Assembly: GCA_026416455.1 (NCBI GenBank)
Contig: JAOAFE010000002.1
Location: 109,942-173,941, forward strand
Reading direction: 5' to 3'
DNA: 64,000 nt
DNA from: Syntrophales bacterium
Lineage (GTDB): Bacteria > Desulfobacterota > Syntrophia > Syntrophales > UBA8958
The position numbers were made by a program, and so were the translations under genes. This document shows, in pieces, positions 59,581-64,000 of this stretch. Within the stretch, counting starts at the first letter, position 1. Every line of letters begins with the position of its first letter. The notes under the pieces are model-generated. The model saw only the letters and a program-made list of their open reading frames with translations. It made no database searches and was not told the DNA's origin.

Positions 59581-60481
59581 TCCAATCCTGGCAGAATTTT
59601 TCGATCGACAGAGGAGAACATGGTCTGAATTCAACGGGGCCTGCCAAGCCCTAGGTGGGGCCCAGTCAAAGAGAATAGAGTTCGAGGGCGGTTATTTTCT
59701 AGTGCAACTAAACCCCCAAAGGCGGGTCAATGTAGAAGTCACACCTGATGACACCCCATGCCTTCTTTGTGAAGAAAATCTTCCATTGGAGCAGGAGAGA
59801 ATGCCTTTGGGTGAATCCCTCTATCTCTTGTGCAATCCCCGACCGATCTTCCCCTATCATTTCACTTTGGCATCTCGCCAACATGAAAAGCAGGCAATAG
59901 AAGGTCGCGAAAAACTGTTATTAGATGTGGCAAAAGAATTGGGGCCGGGCGTGGCCTTATTTTATAACGGTCCCCATTCAGGAGCCTCTATTCCCTTTCA
60001 TTTCCACTTCCAGGCCGTGCCCTTTTCTAATCTCCCTATTCATGAGGATCGTCGATGGTTGAAATGGGCAGATCTTTCGGTCGTCGCCTTAGTGAATCAC
60101 CAGATACGAAGCTACTTCTTCCTGCGAGGGACAGATAGAGATGCCTTAATCGAAAACGTAAGGCGCTTTATGATGGCGTGGAAAAAGGTCTCGGCCAGTG
60201 AAGATGAACCCATGGTAAATATCATAGTAGCCTTCGAAGATGGGTTGTGGCTCGTTTATATCTTTCCCCGTCGGGGTCATCGGCCGAAAAGATTCTTCGC
60301 AAGCGAAGGAGAGAAGATTATCGTAACACCGGGAGCGGTAGAGATGGGAGGAGTGATAGTGACGGTGCGGGAAAGGGATTTTCTTGCTTTGAATGAAAGA
60401 ATATTACAGGAAATCATGAGCGATGTCTGTGTTGCCCCTGAAGTGCTCGATGATATTGTGAGGCAATGTAAGTGTTTATAA
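59567..60481 (+). CDS. DUF4922 protein (HIT/GalT-like HxHxQ nucleotidyl phosphorylase fold)
   Basis: [58 protein letters not shown]. Confidence 0.82.
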   Translation: MKGINPILAEFFDRQRRTWSEFNGACQALGGAQSKRIEFEGGYFLVQLNPQRRVNVEVTPDDTPCLLCEENLPLEQERMPLGESLYLLCNPRPIFPYHFTLASRQHEKQAIEGREKLLLDVAKELGPGVALFYNGPHSGASIPFHFHFQAVPFSNLPIHEDRRWLKWADLSVVALVNHQIRSYFFLRGTDRDALIENVRRFMMAWKKVSASEDEPMVNIIVAFEDGLWLVYIFPRRGHRPKRFFASEGEKIIVTPGAVEMGGVIVTVRERDFLALNERILQEIMSDVCVAPEVLDDIVRQCKCL

Positions 60482-60525
60482 AAATTAAACATACGTTTTG
60501 CTTAAGAAGGTCGTGAAATTTGTAG

Positions 60526-60555
60526 TTGACAGGTATCGGCCATGTTTGTTATTGT
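60526..60555 (+). promoter_or_regulatory. Putative sigma70 promoter of the liv operon
   Basis: TTGACA-18 nt-TATTGT with extended -10 TG. Confidence 0.55.
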
Positions 60556-60615
60556 GAAACAAACGGTAGGGGTCAGAGAGGCGGGTTCCGTAGACCCCAG
60601 GGGGGGACGAAATAT

Positions 60616-61671
60616 ATGGACATGAAGCGCGACTACTACGAAGACGTTCAGCTCTTCGAAAGTAACGTCGTGCTTTTTTGGACGGTAGTTTTACTGGTTT
60701 TTCTTTTTACTCTTCCCCTCTACGTGCCGTCTTATCGTTTTTCCCTTTTTAATCTCGTTTTGGTTCACGTGATTTTAGCCGTGGGGTTAAATATACTCGT
60801 CGGCAACACGGGTCAGATTTCCCTGGGTCATGCGGGATTTTTTGCCATTGGAGCTTACGGCACGACCCTTCTTATGACGAAGTTGGGGCTCCCCTTTGTT
60901 CTCGCTTTGCCCCTTGCCGCTTTTATTTCGTCCGCGTTCGGTTTTATTTTGGGCCTTCCGGCGCTGAGGCTCGAGGGACCGTATCTATCCATAGCGACTT
61001 TGGGTTTCGGGCTGACGGTAACCCATATAATAGGGCACTGGGATTTCTTCGGTGGGCGAACGGGGTTGCAAGTTCCGCCCCTCGATTTAGGTGGCGGCTT
61101 TATTCTCAAGACGGATGTACAGAAGTATTATCTCATTCTCATCATCACCATTTTTCTGGTCCTTTCGGCGCGTAATCTGTTGAAGACCCGGGTTGGTCGG
61201 GCTTTTGTCGCCATTAGAGATAGTGACATTGCGGCCGAGGTAATCGGAGTTAATTTACTCATCTACAAGACTCTATCCTTTGCCGTAAGTGCTTTTTATG
61301 CGGGGATTGCGGGGGGTCTCTTTGGGTTTGTTCTTGGCTTTTTTAATCCCGAACCTTTCAATCTCATCCTTTCTATTGTCTTTCTCGTGATGATCGTGGT
61401 CGGCGGATTAGGGGCCATTGCCGGGTCCATCATGGGGGCCACCTTGATTACTATCCTTCAATATAGTCTGCTCAAAAACATAAAGGAAGTACCTTATGTG
61501 GGACCTTTCATGGTGGACATATCGAGTCGCTGGTTTACCGTCATTGGCTTAGAGAACCTAAATAGCATCGTCCTTGGTCTCATTATGATTGCCATTGTTA
61601 TCTTCGAGCCGTTGGGTATATACGGTATATGGTTGCGTATAAAAAAGTATTGGAGGACATGGCCATTCTGA
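60616..61671 (+). CDS. Branched-chain amino acid-type ABC permease (LivM-like)
   Basis: GLNILVGNTGQISLGHAGF, LRLEGPYLSIATL, GRAFVAIRD, MIVVGGLG. Confidence 0.92.
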   Translation: MDMKRDYYEDVQLFESNVVLFWTVVLLVFLFTLPLYVPSYRFSLFNLVLVHVILAVGLNILVGNTGQISLGHAGFFAIGAYGTTLLMTKLGLPFVLALPLAAFISSAFGFILGLPALRLEGPYLSIATLGFGLTVTHIIGHWDFFGGRTGLQVPPLDLGGGFILKTDVQKYYLILIITIFLVLSARNLLKTRVGRAFVAIRDSDIAAEVIGVNLLIYKTLSFAVSAFYAGIAGGLFGFVLGFFNPEPFNLILSIVFLVMIVVGGLGAIAGSIMGATLITILQYSLLKNIKEVPYVGPFMVDISSRWFTVIGLENLNSIVLGLIMIAIVIFEPLGIYGIWLRIKKYWRTWPF

Positions 61672-61687
61672 CATTTTTGGGGGTGGG

Positions 61688-62560
61688 ATGTACGGACAGT
61701 TAATCGTAGAAGGTTTATCGATCGGAGCATGTTATGCCGTCTTCGGCATTGCCGTCGTCATAATCTATAAGACGTCCGAGGTCATCAACTTTGCCCAGGG
61801 TGAGATGGCTATGATATCTACGTTCGTAGCCTATCATATTCTTAACGTCTACGGATGGCCTTTTTGGTATGCCTTTATCGGGGCTCTTTTTTTTGCCGTC
61901 TTGCTCGGTGTATTTATTGAGGTGTGCTTTTTGCGGCCCGCCAAAGATCCTACGGTATTGGGTCTCATTGTTATCACCTTAGGGGCAGAGATGTTGCTCA
62001 TGGGTCTGGCTAGTTGGAAGTGGGGGGCGGAGCAAAAAGACTTTGCCTTACCCTTTTCTTTCCACAAAACGCACGAACTATTCAAGGGAGTAGTAATAAA
62101 CGATTGGTCTATTGCCGTCTTCGTCATGGCGGCGGTCCTCATGATCTTTCTCTATATCTTTTTCCGTTATACGAAGCTGGGTGTAGCCATGAGGGCGACG
62201 CAGCAGAATGAGCATGCGGCGCGAATTATGGGTATTAAGGTGGAGCGGGTATTCTCCTTTGCCTGGGGATTTAGCTCCTTAATCGGGGCCCTGGCGGGCA
62301 TGTTTTTCGCCGCTCGGTCCACTTTGGACCCGGCCTATATGATGGAGCCTTTTCTTCGGGCCTTTGCCGCCGCCGTCTTAGGTGGGCTCATGAGTATACC
62401 CGGGGTCGTCATCGGAGGAGGTATTTTGGGTATTCTGGAAAACTTCGTCGGTTTCCATTGGCCGGCGTGGAAACCCATCGTCGCTTTTCTCGTCATCGTT
62501 GCCGTCCTGTGTATCCGACCGAGTGGTTTGTTTGCTCGTCATTACGAGAAAAAGGTATAG
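61688..62560 (+). CDS. Branched-chain amino acid-type ABC permease (LivH-like)
   Basis: INFAQGE, TKLGVAMRA, AAAVLGGL, RPSGLF. Confidence 0.92.
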   Translation: MYGQLIVEGLSIGACYAVFGIAVVIIYKTSEVINFAQGEMAMISTFVAYHILNVYGWPFWYAFIGALFFAVLLGVFIEVCFLRPAKDPTVLGLIVITLGAEMLLMGLASWKWGAEQKDFALPFSFHKTHELFKGVVINDWSIAVFVMAAVLMIFLYIFFRYTKLGVAMRATQQNEHAARIMGIKVERVFSFAWGFSSLIGALAGMFFAARSTLDPAYMMEPFLRAFAAAVLGGLMSIPGVVIGGGILGILENFVGFHWPAWKPIVAFLVIVAVLCIRPSGLFARHYEKKV

Positions 62561-62606
62561 CGGAAGGGGTTGGGATTAACCTTATGGCGAAAAGGAGGTT
62601 TAGGTT

Positions 62607-63803
62607 ATGAAAGGGAAAGGAAGGTTTTGGGCAGTACTGTTTACTATTTCGTCTTTGGTCTTGTGGACAGGAATAGGTTTGTGTGGTGCCCCGGGATTTG
62701 ATGACAAGGAGATTAGGATTGCGGCATGGGGCCCTCAGACGGGGCCGGCTGCACCGTGGGGTAGTGTAGCTCGGGCGCCAGCCGTACTGGCCGCTATGAT
62801 CAATGAACAGGGCGGCATTCATGGCAGAAAGCTGAAACATTTTGTGCGTGATGACCAGTACAACCCCGCTCAGACGAAGGTGGTTGTCAAGGAACTGGTG
62901 GAAAAAGAAGGTATATTTTCCTTTGTCTGCGGTACCGGTTCGGCGGGTGGCTTGGCGGTGAAAGATTATCTGGCCCAGAATAAGGTTATTTGGGTGGGTC
63001 CGGCGACATCAGTCAAAGAGTATGTCTTCCCCGTTCAGCCTTACCTTTTTAGCGTTTATCCCCTCTACGAGGATGAAGGAAGTATTCTGACCAAGTACGT
63101 AATCGAGAAGCTGGGGATAAAAGAGATAGGTGTAGTGTATCAGAATGATCCCTATGGGAAGAACGGGTTAGACGGTGTACGGCAGAGACTCGATCATTTG
63201 AAAATGAAGGCCGTTGCCGAAATACCAGTGGAGGCCACGGAGAAGGACCTGTCTTCCCATGTACTTAAATTAAAGAGCGCTGGTGCCAAAGCAGTATTAA
63301 TGTGGGTTCATCCAACCACGGGGGTCGTATTAGTAAAAACCGCGGCAACCATCGGTTACAAGCCGCAATGGGTGGCGTCCAACACCCTCTCGGATTTTGA
63401 ATTGATGAACAAAATTTCTGGTGGGCTCTGGGAAGGCATAATCACCGGTGCCTTCATGCTCCCTCCGGATTCAGACGATCCGCGGGTAGTCAAGTATCGT
63501 GAGGCTGCCAAAAAATATGCTCCTGAGGAAAGGTTCGGTGTCTTCTTTATGGCCGGCATCATGTTTACCGAACCCTTGGTTGAGGCTCTTAAGCGGGTAG
63601 GGAAAAACTTAAGTACCGAAGCGGTTTTAAAGGCTCTAAACTCAATGAAGAATTTTCAGGGTGTCGGTCCGAAGCTGACCTGGTCGCCGGATCAGCATCA
63701 AGGTAGTGATTCCATTCAGATTTGGAAGTGTGGACCGGGTGGTAAGACGATTCTCCTCCAGGACTGGACGGTGAACGAGCTGGCACATTGGAAGAAAAAA
63801 TAG
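62607..63803 (+). CDS. ABC substrate-binding protein (LivK/Peripla_BP_6 family)
   Basis: Signal peptide, PQTGPAA, GGIHGRKL, DDQYNP, YQNDPYG. Confidence 0.9.
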   Translation: MKGKGRFWAVLFTISSLVLWTGIGLCGAPGFDDKEIRIAAWGPQTGPAAPWGSVARAPAVLAAMINEQGGIHGRKLKHFVRDDQYNPAQTKVVVKELVEKEGIFSFVCGTGSAGGLAVKDYLAQNKVIWVGPATSVKEYVFPVQPYLFSVYPLYEDEGSILTKYVIEKLGIKEIGVVYQNDPYGKNGLDGVRQRLDHLKMKAVAEIPVEATEKDLSSHVLKLKSAGAKAVLMWVHPTTGVVLVKTAATIGYKPQWVASNTLSDFELMNKISGGLWEGIITGAFMLPPDSDDPRVVKYREAAKKYAPEERFGVFFMAGIMFTEPLVEALKRVGKNLSTEAVLKALNSMKNFQGVGPKLTWSPDQHQGSDSIQIWKCGPGGKTILLQDWTVNELAHWKKK

Positions 63804-63823
63804 AAGGTAATTCGGAGCGATAC

Positions 63824-64000
63824 ATGGGCGATCACTTTCGGGTGGAAAACCTATCCATCAGTTTCGGTGGACTCAAAGCCGTGGATGGAGTGAGCTTTGA
63901 CGTGGAGCCGAACACGATCTTTTCCATCATCGGTCCAAATGGATCGGGAAAGACGACCATTTTCAACCTTATCTGCGGCATTTATCATCCCCATTCGGGG
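63824..64000 (+). CDS. ABC ATP-binding protein (LivG-like), runs off the right edge
   Basis: Manual translation MGDHFRVENLSISFGGLKAVDGVSF...IIGPNGSGKTTIFNLICG. Confidence 0.9.
   Translation, partial: MGDHFRVENLSISFGGLKAVDGVSFDVEPNTIFSIIGPNGSGKTTIFNLICGIYHPHSG

Noticed and set aside
1-64000. CRISPR arrays, tRNA/rRNA genes, IS elements, tandem repeats
   Set aside because: Intergenic gaps are all under about 270 nt and none showed repeat-spacer periodicity, cloverleaf motifs, terminal inverted repeats or transposase ORFs on manual reading

Overview
Gene-dense, mid-GC bacterial chromosome segment. The gene content and order suggest an anaerobic Desulfobacterota/Syntrophales-like organism (inference). 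I found no rRNA, tRNA, CRISPR array, IS element or prophage. Left to right: a partial CoA-transferase and ribD; a housekeeping block (rfbA-like, pilD, argS, SPOR protein, ffh-rpsP-khpA-rimM-trmD-Tm1570-like-rplS-rnhB-yraN-DUF1385); an Mla-type ABC lipid transporter; mutS; an oxygen-defence trio (flavodiiron protein, rubredoxin, rubrerythrin); mtgA; an NCS2 permease; a LysM-NlpC/P60 hydrolase; an acn-icd-sirtuin-cyclase-rlmN-uvrB operon; an exported peroxiredoxin/TlpA pair; a Tat-exported selenocysteine formate dehydrogenase operon whose alpha gene is broken by an out-of-frame internal deletion; SDR-MFS-thioesterase; an orphan atpZ-like gene behind a sigma54-like promoter; a stand-alone TM1266-hydG-ORF unit; two two-component systems; a mixed operon (mobB to spoIID/lytB); a murU-amgK-lipoprotein-GT2-DUF4922 operon; and a branched-chain-amino-acid-type ABC transporter. 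The best candidate for an uncharacterised system is the SpoIID/LytB + MurU + AmgK + GT2 + DUF4922 (HxHxQ nucleotidyltransferase-like) cluster, which looks like a cell-wall amino-sugar salvage pathway with an extra, unexplained glycosyl-transfer branch. All family assignments come from motif recognition by eye, with no database searches.
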